Assembly (NCBI RefSeq): GCF_964355755.1
Contig: NC_092672.1
Span: forward strand, 20,969,237-21,033,236
Reading direction: 5' to 3'
Length of the DNA stretch: 64,000 nucleotides
Source of the DNA: Antedon mediterranea
Lineage: Eukaryota > Animalia > Echinodermata
Shown here one piece after another: positions 27,301 to 37,098 of this stretch. The notes beneath the pieces are model-generated. The model had not been told where the DNA came from and searched no databases. It worked only from the letters and a program-made list of their open reading frames with translations. Position 1 is the stretch's first letter; each line of letters begins with the position of its first letter. Both the position numbers and the translations under genes were made by a program.

Positions 27301-30300
27301 AGTGGGATCCCTTTAATAGAGCTTAGTTGTAGAACCTCTATTAAAGAGGACACCACATAATGTCGACCCAACAAAGTGGGATCCCTTTAATAGAGGTTAG
27401 TTGCAGAACCCCTATTAAAGAGAACATCACATAATGTGGACCCAACAAAGTGGGATCCCTTTAATAGAGGTTAGTTGTAGAACCCCTATTAAAGAGGACA
27501 CCACATAATGTGGACCCAACAAAGTGGGATCCCTTTAATAGAGCTTAGTTGTAGAACCCCTATTAAAGAGGACACCACATAATGTCGACCCAACAAAGTG
27601 GGATCCCTTTAATAGAGGTTAGTTGTAGAACCCCTATTAAAGAGGACACCACATAATGTGGACCCAACAAAGTGTGATCCCTTTAATAGAGGTTAGTCGT
27701 AGTTGTAAATGGTATAATTGTTTATTTCGGGAGAAGATATCAACAAATTAGTAATTCTTCGTACTATGGTTTCTGTTTTACAAACGAATGTTAATTTTAT
27801 ATAATATTTTTTAACAACATATTTCTTCACAATCATGTGTCAATTTTGAGAAATCATCGATTGATTTTGGTACTCTATTTTGATATACATCGCGATGTAT
27901 CGGCGTGAGTGATGTTGGTTCCGCAAAGGAAACATGTTCAAAATTTATCTGCAACATCCAAAAATCTGTACCACCTGATTGTACTTCACCAATCATAGTA
28001 TGATTACAGATTGAGGAATCCCCTAAAACGCACGGAGTGCAGCAGTTTAAGTGTGTAAAAAATCAACACAAATGTATCCTTCGCGAGTCGAGGAATTTTG
28101 GTTTATTTTGCTGCTTACAAACGTTGTAAACGGACATTTTTAGTGAAAGAAGAAGATATGCTTGTTTGAAAATTGTTTCCTGCTCAACATGGTGTATGAT
28201 TATGGTTTGTTAGAAACACAGTTTAGAGAAAATAAGAGGCCAAACAAAAGATAGCTAGCCTAGCGCCAATGTCCTATCTAGGCTCTAGCTTAGCTAGAGT
28301 GTAGTAGGCTACTGACTTTCAATATACTTCCCAGCTAGATTAGGACTGAGGGGTAGCAACATACTACTCTAGGCTAATAATGCTAAATGTCTAATAACGG
28401 CAGTCAAACCGACAATTATAAACAGATGATTAATATTTGCAAGAAAACCATACAAAACTTTTCGTAATAGTGCTAGGCCCATGTTGAAAACCTAGTTAGG
28501 CTAAACAAAACCAGGCTACATTTGGGTGGCATGGTCTGAGTCCTTGGTATCTAGGGCCTATATATGTTTACCACACTATTTTTCAATTCGATTTCAATCA
28601 GCTTTTATTATTTCACAACAAAAAAAAGCTATAGCTTTTAGTATTAAAAAGTAGATGAACATATGAAATATCTACATTTGGGTGGCATGGTCTGAGTTCT
28701 TGGTATCTAGGGCCTATATATGTTTACCGCAGCGCACTATTTTTCAATTCGATTTCAATCAGCTTTTATTATTAAAAAGTAGATGAAGATATGAAATATA
28801 ACACAATTCAGCCTATTTTTCTTCTTGGAAATTAATACTTAAATTATGTAATTAATGGATAATTTATTACAGTTGTTTTCCCATTATTTTATATGATTTT
28901 ACTGATTCGTACTTTACTGTCATTATTTTTACATCTTTGTACTGTGTATAACTGTATATATATATATATATATATAAATATACATTTATATTGACTACCA
29001 AAATTTAAGTTTCAGTATTAACCACCATTTAAGCTCTTTTTTAGTTTCATTCCAAAATTGTTTATATCTCTACCAAGCTACCTTCTTTGTTTTCTACTCT
29101 TATTCAGACTCCACCCGGTCTCCTTTTGTTGTATTTCTTTTATTCCTGTCACCCAGGCAGCACTTGCCAGCTCTTATACTATGATATTATCCAAATTCCT
29201 TCACTTGCACTGATGAAGGGCTAGTGTTGCCTGAAAGCTCTGCTAACTTTTCTGGCTGCTTACTTTATCGTTTTGATTTAGCTTTTCGCTTTTATTTTTT
29301 GTATCTCCATTGAGATCCAGCCACTGATACCCACAGCATTGTCATTTTTTCAGTTATTTGCCTTTGGATTTAAATAAACATTGAAATATACATAGAAATT
29401 CATTAATAAAAGTACCAATACATGTTCAAATAATATTTCACATCATTTTTGTAACTGAACAAGCCAAAATGGCCACCATTATGCCCAAAATGGCTGCCAT
29501 TTTATCCAATATGACCACCATTTAATCTAAATGGCCACATATATCAATCAAATATTTAGGAAGCTAAAAATGGCCAAAACTTCAAAATTATCTATTCGTA
29601 CCCTGGATGGTACGCTCGCGTACTGGTATCCAGGGGTTCCCACAGATGGTTCTAGAATACAATAGAACCCACCGGGAACACCCGACACTATTTCTAATCT
29701 AAGCATTTGTCTATTTACTGAGGAATTTGAAGCTTCAAATACAGATTGGAATGTTCCATTCATCACAAATCAATACATTTGGAAACGTATATTAAATCTA
29801 TCAAAATTGTATTTTTTAAAGAAAATCTGCCTGTCTTCAACATTATGATGCAGCTATTAAAAACAATTATCGTAAGAGGAGATAGGAAAATGCAAAGCAT
29901 CCTTATTATTATTATTGTGTGCAGGTATTTTTCAAGATGGACATCCATTAGACAGTGTATACCACAATCGGAAAACACCCCTATTTAGGGCAAATTGTTG
30001 AACCTAAATTTGTTTTAATTGTCAATAACTAATTATCTAACTCAATTTAATTAGTAAACAGGGTTCACTTTAGGTGGTTAAAATCAGTACCGAAAATACA
30101 AACCAACTTTATATACCATCGAATAAACATTCTAGTAACGCAGATTTACCGAATTTTTCCCTTACGTAAATTTATATATAGAAGATCCTGCATCTCAAAA
30201 TCCCAAAAAGTCTCAAATTGACTAAATAATCTAAATTTTTCACATACAGAATACAATAAATTTACAATCCACTTGACTACCCATATCTTAAATATAATAA

Positions 30301-33300
30301 CACTTGGTCAAGTATTAATTTGTAAAGTTATTACTACATAAAAATTGGTCCAGACCTAAAAAGGGCTATAATTGCAGGGCTATATTGCTCGAAATTAACT
30401 GGATATTTTGTGGAGAACTTTTGATATAGTGTGGATAACATATTTATTTCACAATATTAACTTTCAAAATGTAGACCCTGAACGTCGGAACGAAATTCAT
30501 TTTCTAGGCCTTTTTTCAGCTACTGCTTATGGCCTAAAAAATTAAGTTTGAGAAGGAATTGCATTATATATAAAGCATTCGTGTGTTTTGCCATTGTCAG
30601 AAATATTTTAAAATTTTTTTCAAAAATATTACTTGCTAAATCATATTTATCATGGGTTAATTGAGTTGGTGTAATTTTGAATTCATTATGGATTTTAAGA
30701 TCATCAAAGAATAAGTGGTATTTAAGATCTAGAGAGGTAGTAGAAAACAATTCCCAGAACATGGATAGATTATTATTGTTTAGTTCATCTTTAAGGTTCA
30801 TGAGCATTGGTTGTCTTAAATGCATAAAGTCGTTTGCATTCAAATACGAAATGATATACAGTTTCCTTTTCATTACAATTACGCAATAAACATATACCTG
30901 TATTTTGAGGTGACCGTGCTTCTTTTCTACCTTCAAGTGGTAGTGAATTGGAGCTGAATTTTAGGCTTGAAGCATGGTAATACACTTATCTAATAGATAT
31001 GTTTCTAATTTTGGAGAGGTTTTAGTGACCAGAAGAATAGTAATTACTTTGTTGCATTGACAATTTACACTTTTGTGCTTTTCTTTTTTTTAGCCATCTC
31101 TGAAACAGCTTTGGAGAAATTTAAACAAGGGTAAACTAGATGAAGAACTGTTGCGGCATATTTGGAAGGATGAGTCAGATGAGATGATTATCTTCTTTGT
31201 GTCTCTAATGCAAACCTTTGGGTTAATGTGTGAAAAAAGGAGTAAAGAGGTATTTACATTTTATTTTAAATATTCAATTCAATTATTTTTTAATATATTC
31301 CATCTACTACTCATGTTCTATTTTTTTTTCTATAGAATGTTGGACGAACGTTCTATGTTCTTTCACGCCTAAAGCCCCTACGTGATGATACAGAGGCTGT
31401 TGAATATGAAGAGAAGCGTGCTGTTTCTCTCTTTCATGACTTTGATGGCTACCTTCCAGATGATCTCTTTCAACGTGTTGCGATTAAATTTATCGAGGAA
31501 TTTCAAATGGAAGATATTGAGCCTACATTATCTTACGAGCATGTAGAACTGAACATTGATGGCCATCATCTTGTCATTCTAAATGTAGCTACCATCAACA
31601 ATTGCCGTTTGTTCCAGGTAAACTTGATAATGCAATCATGCCTTGAATGCCAGTAAAATCACAAGTATTATATTGGGCGATTGTTCTTATGTTGTTTATT
31701 ATATGTTTATTAAACCATTTCTTTGTTTTTGTTGGTCACCACTTCTGGATATAACAGATATTAAAATATACACTGTCAGTAACTTTAAATTTCCTTGGTT
31801 TATTGCCATTTCTGGAATGATATCAGTAGTAATCACTTTGGAATTGATTTGTTTTTTATATTGCAGACAACAATTGTCAGAACGACAATCATGAAAACAG
31901 AATCAGGAAGCAGCTCATCTGAAGATGATGATCCACAACCTAGCATCTGTAAGAAGGTAAGCTATAAGTACCAAATAAACTATAATACTTTATGCTACAT
32001 TTAATTAGCACAAACTTTGAATTTCATTAGGGTGTTGATTTTACAATGTTATCTATGCCTAGTATAATTTACTTACTTGATAATATTTGTCAGTGTAAAT
32101 TTATAAGCTCCGTGAATCTGGGTTGTTTTTGAATGATTATAAATGTCTGTGTAAATATGTAATATAAGCTTGTTTATTCTTGAAAGGGCGTGTGGCGCAG
32201 TGTGTTGGAGGTTGGACTATTGATTGTGAGATCCTTGGTTCAAATCCCTACACCCAGGTGTACAAATGGGTACCTACAGTAGTAAGCTGCATTATGGGAG
32301 TATGTTTCCATAAGTGTTTGATCCAATAATACAGTGCTTTAAGGTTTCACAACATTAGGTGTTTTATAAATCCAAGATATAATTATTAGTATTTTTATCT
32401 TTAAATCATTTTAAATGTAGTAAAGTCATTTTATTGAGATTATTTTTTTATATCCTCCATCCAGGTAATCAATGAGGGCTGCACAGTATTACTTATTTTA
32501 TTCACAATAATAGTTACTACATATTCTTTAACAATATTTATTATTTTTATTTTTTCTAGGTCCTTAATTTCCTTGAAAAAGAATTGAAAGTTTTAAGTCA
32601 GAATGGTGCACGTGGTGTTGAAGTAAAGATGTACATCCGTTGTGCATGTTTAAATAGTGAACGTACTCATATGCAGGTTGTTCGCAAATTTGACCAAGAT
32701 GTGTTGCCATGTAGCAGCAAAGCAATGGACGTGAAACGTTACCGTAAACTGTTTGGAGAAATAAAAGATGAACAAGGTATATGCCTAATAATCCATAATA
32801 CATATGACATAAAACAAAACAGGCAAACATTCTTATTTTTGTTCTTTAACTAATGATATTCCAATCCTCAAATTTTCAGTTGATGCATTTTAACCTTTAT
32901 CTCTAGTTTTTATTTTACATGTAAAAAATACCTTTGCTTAATGATGTTTTATCATTTGTATTTAGCTTCTATCTCAAAATCTAATACTGACCAACCTTCT
33001 TCTATAAAGAAAAGAAAAACCGCTTTAGAAAATTCTTATAATGCGAGTGGCAGCGATGGATGCCCAATCTTCTTTATCAAAAGTTCAAAGAACTACTGGT
33101 AATGTTTTATGTTGTTGGTTAGCATAATAACAACACCATTTTGTTTTACTCAAGAAATAACTTTACTCATTATATTTCTATTATAAAAACTATGCACACA
33201 ATTTATTTTATTTGCAATTATACACGCCTCCGTGTATCCTTGTCTTTATACACGCCTCAGTGTATCCTTTTCTTTTGATTGTTTAATTATGTAAACTGTC

Positions 33301-35855
33301 CCATTCAGTATTATTTCTATGGAAAAGTAATATTATAGTCAATTCAAATGATTATGATTTTAACAACAATTGTGCTTTACTGAATTTATATCATTTAAAT
33401 TATAAACTTGTGGCTCCCCCCGCAACGAAAACAAGTGTGTTTGAATGCACAACTGTCGTTTGAGCAGAATCATCCTGGATCGTGGAATACCCTGCAGAAC
33501 CCGATGGGTATTTTTGCCTGCAATGTAGACAGAAATGTTATGTTGGTTTGTGGTTGTTGTGATTGTTCACCGTGTGCTAAGTTGTGCAAAATGTCCACGC
33601 GGACAGTGGCCCAAGAGCACTTTGTGTGTTCTCTAGCAATGTGAAAGTGACGGTCGTACAGTTGCCATGAAGTCGGATATTGTTTTTTGAGGCTTTGAAT
33701 GAATTTCAGATAAGTAAATAATTCTTGCAGATCTTGAGGGTGAGCGGACAGGTATATGGTTGCAAAGTCAAAGAAAGCCGTGAACCACTCCTGTTCATCT
33801 AACCCCCGTCTTTTCAATTTAGGGACAAGTTCAAGACCCCCATTGTATTGTATATTGAACGTCATTGGTGGGTCACGGGGCGAAGATCACACATGTCGAC
33901 AAACCTATGGGCCTGAATTTTATTCTTTAGGGTTTCGGAAAGAGCTACAGCCTTGACCCCACCGGAATAGTGGAAAGGATTGGAAATAAGATTTCCTTTG
34001 GCCAGATAGGGATATGTTTACATTATGGCGGGGTACTATCGCTAATTTTATCAATTTCCTGGGGGATGCTCGTCGTGAGGTCTCATTCAGCGGGAGGATC
34101 AGTTCTGACATATTTCGTTCGATGATGTTAGTAATATCAACTGTCGACGATGGGTTACCCTTCAATTGTTGAACATCCGCGGAAAGGTTTTTAACAATCG
34201 CCGTAAGTTCTGCCAGTTCCGTTGCCCCAGTTTTCTTAGGTCTCCTCTTGGCAGGTGTGTTGGTTTTTGCCTTCTTTGTGGGTCGAGTCTTCGCATCATG
34301 TAGATATGGAAGGCAACAAACAACTGACATAGACCATTTTAAATCTCTATGTTTTTGTAGCCTCTTTCTCTTCCCACTAGACTAGACTCATTAATGTACA
34401 ATAGATAGCATATGATGCATCATATAGATATGGAAGACAACAAACAACTGACATAGACCATAGCAGAACAGTGTATTGAATCAATTGTGATACTGTACTC
34501 TTGATTATGACTAATATACATCTGTTTTTTTGTATAGATACACAGACTGCTGCTCCTCTGGTTACAAGCTCGTTAGGGACAGGTTAGTTGAGTAACATTA
34601 TATCATTATGTATCATATGGACAGTTTAAAATTAAAGTTGAATTGAAATTAGATAGAGCAGTGTTACAACTGCTAATGTAGAAAATACAAGCTAATGTAG
34701 AAATGGTAAGCTAATTGTAGAAGATAAAATTTAGTAAAAGCCAAGGTAGGAAAAATGCTTTTAATGAAACTACTGTTGCCAGTAGCAAACACCCTTAAGG
34801 ATAGTGTAGATGTTGTAGTTATAAGAAATAATAATTAAATGTGTTGCGTAGCACTGTATAAATTATATATACTGTAACATGATGTAAATTATATGTAAAT
34901 ATACAGAAACAATCATGTAGGTATAGGTATTACTTTTCATCTTTTTATGCAATTTTATGTTTAGTTTATTTTGATATTTTGTTTTTATATCAGAATGAGA
35001 CATGCATCACAATCCTTATGGATGCTTATTTTTTAGTGAAATATTGCAACACACTCAACTGCTTTTTACATTTTGTATTTCTCTGTAATGATTGCATTTT
35101 ACTTTTATGCAATAATTATCTATCATTTGTTTTGCACTTCAAGAAAATACATTGGAAGAAAAGTATTTTATATTACTTAAATATAAATATGCTTATTTTA
35201 CGGAGAAACATTTTAAGATTTGTTTTAGAGTGGTGACTAAGTGGCAATCATAGTATAATATTTATTGTGTCCACAAAAAACGACCCAGTGACATACAGTA
35301 TATTACACTGTTGGTTTTTTAGGTGAACTATCTGACGATAACTATCGGGAACTGCTCAGCAAAGTGTCATCGTGGTTCAAGGAATCAGAGAAAGTCAATC
35401 TATTGAAAGTTATACTTTGCAAGTGTGAACATATTTCTGTTGTCGAAATAGAAAGAAGCAATGATCCATTTGAGCTGTTTAAGTTACTTGAAGGTCCTGG
35501 AATCATTAGCCAATCAAATATCGATGTTCTCATTGAAATCATTGCAATAGGAGGAATGAAGGGTGTGTATGAAAGCATCAAGCACTTGATACCAACCTTT
35601 GCTGGATTTGAGAAATTGATCATCTCTGAACGCTGGAATGATGTACGAAGGGTGATCAAATTCGGTCTTAAGATAAGTAACGAAGATAAAGTAAAAATTG
35701 GACAGTTACGTGGCCTAAAGGTTAAGGAATCAGATGATGTTTGGATTTTAATATTTAAGCTAGTAATGAAAGATACATTCACTAAAAAGAGCACAGAATT
35801 CGTTCGACTACTTAAGGACAATGACATGGATAGCCTTGCTACATTATTGGAATAG
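15227..35855 (+). CDS. Multi-exon ROCO-family gene: ankyrin repeats - death domain - Roc GTPase - COR - linker - tandem DED-like domains
   Basis: Manually spliced exons 15227-15325, 16241-16357, 17615-17708, 18154-18189, 18552-18800, 19293-19458, 19961-20064, 20766-20885, 21273-21386, 21790-21956, 22669-22758, 22998-23156, 23583-23852, 26367-26552, 31094-31249, 31336-31617, 31867-31956 and 32560-32776 are all GT-AG and phase-compatible. They are followed by 32966-~33098, 34538-34582 and 35323-35855. Motifs: P-loop GLENVGKT, G3 IWDFGGQ, G4 IGTHYE, COR FPIKWL and LEYLHDIGEILFY. No start codon identified. Confidence 0.85.
16241..16357 (+). CDS. ROCO exon, ankyrin-like repeat
   Basis: ttcaag|...|gttagt; NGDNALHLIAQGNLTYEEHKNAFVFFIKEGRIDISKKNK. 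Confidence 0.8.
16548..16591 (-). ncRNA. Minimal type I hammerhead ribozyme (Penelope-like element type)
   Basis: On the - strand: TTCTC CTGAGGA C GATCAA AGCATA TTGATC GAAA CGTT GAGAA. This gives perfect stem I (5 bp), core CUGANGA, perfect stem II (6 bp), GAAA, palindromic ACGU and a GUU cleavage triplet. Confidence 0.7.
17615..17708 (+). CDS. ROCO exon, ankyrin C-cap
   Basis: tgtcag|...|gtaagt; NGKSASDIYNENVCDKYDGEQKKTEILAILN; phase 0-1. Confidence 0.75.
18154..18189 (+). CDS. ROCO micro-exon (linker, phase 1-1)
   Basis: gtttag|...|gtatga; GGPLPYIEMTSS. Symmetric, so it is not required for frame. Confidence 0.55.
18552..18800 (+). CDS. ROCO exon, death domain (phase 1-1)
   Basis: atttag|...|gtaagt; ITNKELIYIAHNTYSKWELIAANLGMTQEDINSFKLPDKNNDKRTYDMLNAWQAKVTKKSMRLELVAALRKAEENDVADKIE matches the DD pattern W..LA..LG...I......ML..W.......L..AL.....DVA..I. 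Confidence 0.85.
19293..19458 (+). CDS. ROCO exon, pre-Roc helix and P-loop
   Basis: VPEEILARGPDAVKAFQNALEEGQTEFNQGRTIFVGLENVGKTSTINSLL; GT-AG boundaries. Confidence 0.9.
19961..20064 (+). CDS. ROCO exon, Roc switch I region
   Basis: tgtcag|...|gtaagt; FNPLHIITDAMVKTTVCTPDASNKEMLKETTQDI; phase 2-1. Confidence 0.8.
20216..20388 (-). mobile_element. tRNA-derived SINE (second copy at 47707-47883)
   Basis: - strand A-box tggcttggtgg and B-box ggttcaaatcc; a closely similar dispersed copy lies at 47707-47883. Confidence 0.7.
20766..20885 (+). CDS. ROCO exon, low-complexity insert in Roc (phase 1-1)
   Basis: LDMYQDAVTDVTVKQMLKSPRHTKGYTPRAGPSKQETKS; an alternative in-frame acceptor exists at 20772. 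Confidence 0.7.
21273..21386 (+). CDS. ROCO exon, low-complexity insert in Roc (phase 1-1)
   Basis: tttcag|...|gtaaat; SRPEKEKNPTGASTSKQEAKFAETSTSSNPMPSPQKE. Confidence 0.7.
21790..21956 (+). CDS. ROCO exon with Roc G3 motif
   Basis: caacag|...|gtaaat; ...FVMNIWDFGGQPIYHVIQR. Confidence 0.9.
22669..22758 (+). CDS. ROCO exon, Roc beta strand
   Basis: tactag|...|gtaagt; IFMVSYAVVCVVFNMKEGLNAPAKVLDPTT. Confidence 0.85.
22998..23156 (+). CDS. ROCO exon with Roc G4 motif
   Basis: gtttag|...|gtacat; ...TNLDFILFWIRSV...KIMLIGTHYESL... Confidence 0.85.
23583..23852 (+). CDS. ROCO exon, end of Roc / start of COR
   Basis: ttttag|...|gttaga; ...VFTIENS...FPIKWLQVMQEI... Confidence 0.85.
24234..24316. 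repeat. (TA)n microsatellite
   Basis: About 41 perfect AT units. Confidence 0.95.
24378..24703 (+). repeat. Direct duplicate (copy 1) of intron end plus first 37 nt of the COR exon; copy 2 at 26089-26403
   Basis: Near-identical ~315-bp copies flank the 24704-26088 element. Copy 1 carries an extra 11-bp tandem unit. Confidence 0.9.
24704..26088 (+). mobile_element. Non-autonomous Helitron/Helentron-like element
   Basis: Starts TC(TAG) and ends CTAG, between A and T. Terminal 13-bp hairpin ctagatggtacgc-gagcgaagcga-gcgtaccatctag. A related internally deleted copy lies in reverse orientation at 29603-30135. Confidence 0.7.
26367..26552 (+). CDS. ROCO exon, COR domain (phase 0-0)
   Basis: ttctag|...|gttagt; INDLLVRCKIINKKVLLEYLHDIGEILFYPDDKILKEIIVIDLMGVVDKFKTIITVIDPKLQ. 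Confidence 0.9.
26809..27698. repeat. 74-bp tandem repeat, ~12 copies, derived from the end of a pogo/Tigger-like MITE
   Basis: Unit gtagaacccctattaaagaggacaccacataatgtggacccaacaaagtgggatccctttaatagaggttagtt. The array begins TA|CAGTAGAACC, and each unit has an internal inverted repeat ctattaaag/ctttaatag. Confidence 0.9.
29205..29246 (+). ncRNA. Degenerate minimal hammerhead ribozyme in a probable Penelope-like remnant (~29020-29380)
   Basis: TTGCA CTGATGA A GGGC TAGTGTT GCCT GAAA GCTC TGCTAA: conserved core, 4-bp stem II (one G-U), palindromic AGCU and a weak stem I. Confidence 0.5.
29603..30135 (-). mobile_element. Internally deleted copy of the 24704-26088 Helitron-like element
   Basis: 29935-30135 is the reverse complement of 24704-24905. 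29603-29660 is the reverse complement of the degenerate 3' hairpin end. Confidence 0.8.
30640..31030 (-). mobile_element. 3' fragment of a non-LTR retrotransposon (C-terminal CCHC zinc knuckle)
   Basis: The - strand reads ...SLPLEGRK...GICLLRNCNEKETVYHFVFECKRL (C..C....ET..HF.F.C pattern), with frameshifts. Confidence 0.6.
31094..31249 (+). CDS. ROCO exon, COR domain
   Basis: ttttag|...|gtattt; PSLKQLWRNLNKGKLDEELLRHIWKDESDEMIIFFVSLMQTFGLMCEKRSKE. Confidence 0.9.
31336..31617 (+). CDS. ROCO exon, COR-B region
   Basis: ctatag|...|gtaaac; ...FYVLSRL...LFHDFDGYLPDDLFQRVAIKF...; 94 open codons. Confidence 0.85.
31867..31956 (+). CDS. ROCO exon
   Basis: ttgcag|...|gtaagc; TTIVRTTIMKTESGSSSSEDDDPQPSICKK. 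Confidence 0.8.
32186..32370 (+). mobile_element. Decayed tRNA-derived SINE
   Basis: A-box tggcgcagtg, B-box ggttcaaatcc, followed by the cacccaggtgtacaaatgggtacc core motif common in invertebrate SINE bodies. Confidence 0.55.
32560..32776 (+). CDS. ROCO exon, end of COR with Cys/His cluster
   Basis: ttctag|...|gtatat; VLNFLEKELKVLSQNGARGVEVKMYIRCACLNSERTHMQVVRKFDQDVLPCSSKAMDVKRYRKLF; phase 0-1. Confidence 0.85.
32966..33098 (+). CDS. ROCO linker exon (3' boundary uncertain)
   Basis: atttag| then SISKSNTDQPSSIKKRKTALENSYNASGSDGCPIFFIKSSKNYW*. The best donor (TG|GTAATG) is phase 2, but the next exons need phase 1. In-frame TAA at 33100-33102. Confidence 0.55.
33400..34300 (-). mobile_element. 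DIRS/Ngaro-like tyrosine-recombinase retrotransposon remnant (gag-like ORF1)
   Basis: The - strand reads EWFTAFFDFATIYLSAHPQ...LFTYLKFI...WQLYDRHF...W, then FCRVFHDPG*FCSNDSCAFKHTCFRCGGSH (zinc finger broken by a TGA). The upstream frame has a coiled-coil. Confidence 0.7.
34538..34582 (+). CDS. ROCO linker micro-exon (phase 1-1)
   Basis: gtatag|...|gttagt; TQTAAPLVTSSLGT. Confidence 0.55.
35323..35855 (+). CDS. Terminal exon encoding two tandem DED-like death-fold domains
   Basis: ttttag|, phase 1. YRELLSKVSSWF...LLKVIL...DPFELFKLLEGPGIISQSNIDVLIEII fits the DED pattern. A second helical unit ...VWILIFKL...FVRLLKDNDMDSLATLLE* follows; stop at 35853-35855. Confidence 0.8.
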
Positions 35856-37098
35856 ATATAATACAAGATAACAATACATAACATGTGACAACATAACACT
35901 GAATTAACATTCTACTACTTAAGGACAATGACATGGATAGCCTTGCTACATTATTGGAATAGATATAATACAAGATAACAATACATAACATGTGACAACA
36001 TAACACTGAATTAACATTCTACTACTTAAGGACAATGACATGGATAGCCTTGCTATATTATTGGAATAGATATAATACAAGATAACAATACATAAAATGT
36101 GACAACATAACACTGAATTAACATTCTACTACTTAAGGACAATGACATGGATAGCCTTGCTACATTATTGGAATAGATTGAATACAAGATAACAATACAT
36201 AAAATGTGACAACATAACACTGAATTAACATTCTACTACTTAAGGACAATGACATGGATAGCCTTGCTACATTATTGGAATAGATAGAATACAAGATAAC
36301 AATACATAACATGTGACAACATAACACTGAATTAACATTCTACTACTTAAGGACAATGACATGGATAGCCTTGCTACATTATTGGAATAGATATAATACA
36401 AGATAACAATACATAACATGTGACAACATAACACTGAATTAACATTCTACTACTTAAGGACAATGACATGGATAGCCTTGCTATATTATTGGAATAGATA
36501 TAATACAAGATAACAATACATAAAATGTGACAACATAACACTGAATTAACATTCTACTACTTAAGGACAATGACATGGATAGCCTTGCTACATTATTGGA
36601 ATAGATTGAATACAAGATAACAATACATAAAATGTGACAACATAACACTGAATTAACATTCTACTACTTAAGAACAATGACATGGATAGCCTTGCTACAT
36701 TATTGGAATAGATATAATACAAGACAACAATACATAACATGTGACAACATAACACTGAATTAACATTCTACTATTTAAGGACAATGACATGGATAGCCTT
36801 GCTATATTATTGGAATAGATATAATACAAGATAACAATACATAAAATGTGACAACATAACACTGAATTAACATTCTACTACTTAAGGACAATGACATGGA
36901 TAGCCTTGCTACATTATTGGAATAGATTGAATACAAGATAACAATACATAAAATGTGACAACATAACACTGAATTAACATTCTACTACTTAAGGACAATG
37001 ACATGGATAGCCTTGCTACATTATTGGAATAGATTGAATACAAGATAACAATACATAAAATGTGACAACATTACACTGAATTAACATTCTACTACTTA
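35808..37098 (+). repeat. 107-bp tandem repeat (12 copies) made of the gene's last 15 codons, stop and proximal 3' UTR
   Basis: cttaaggacaatgacatggatagccttgctacattattggaatag recurs every 107 bp (35811, 35918, 36025 ... 37095). Confidence 0.95.

Noticed and set aside
26809-27698. Regular palindromic repeats resembling a CRISPR array
   Set aside because: Whole 74-bp units are near-identical with no unique spacers, there are no cas genes, and the context is a eukaryotic intron.
35342-35899. 185-aa minus-strand ORF
   Set aside because: It is the antisense shadow of the DED exon and repeat unit, with no independent coding signal.
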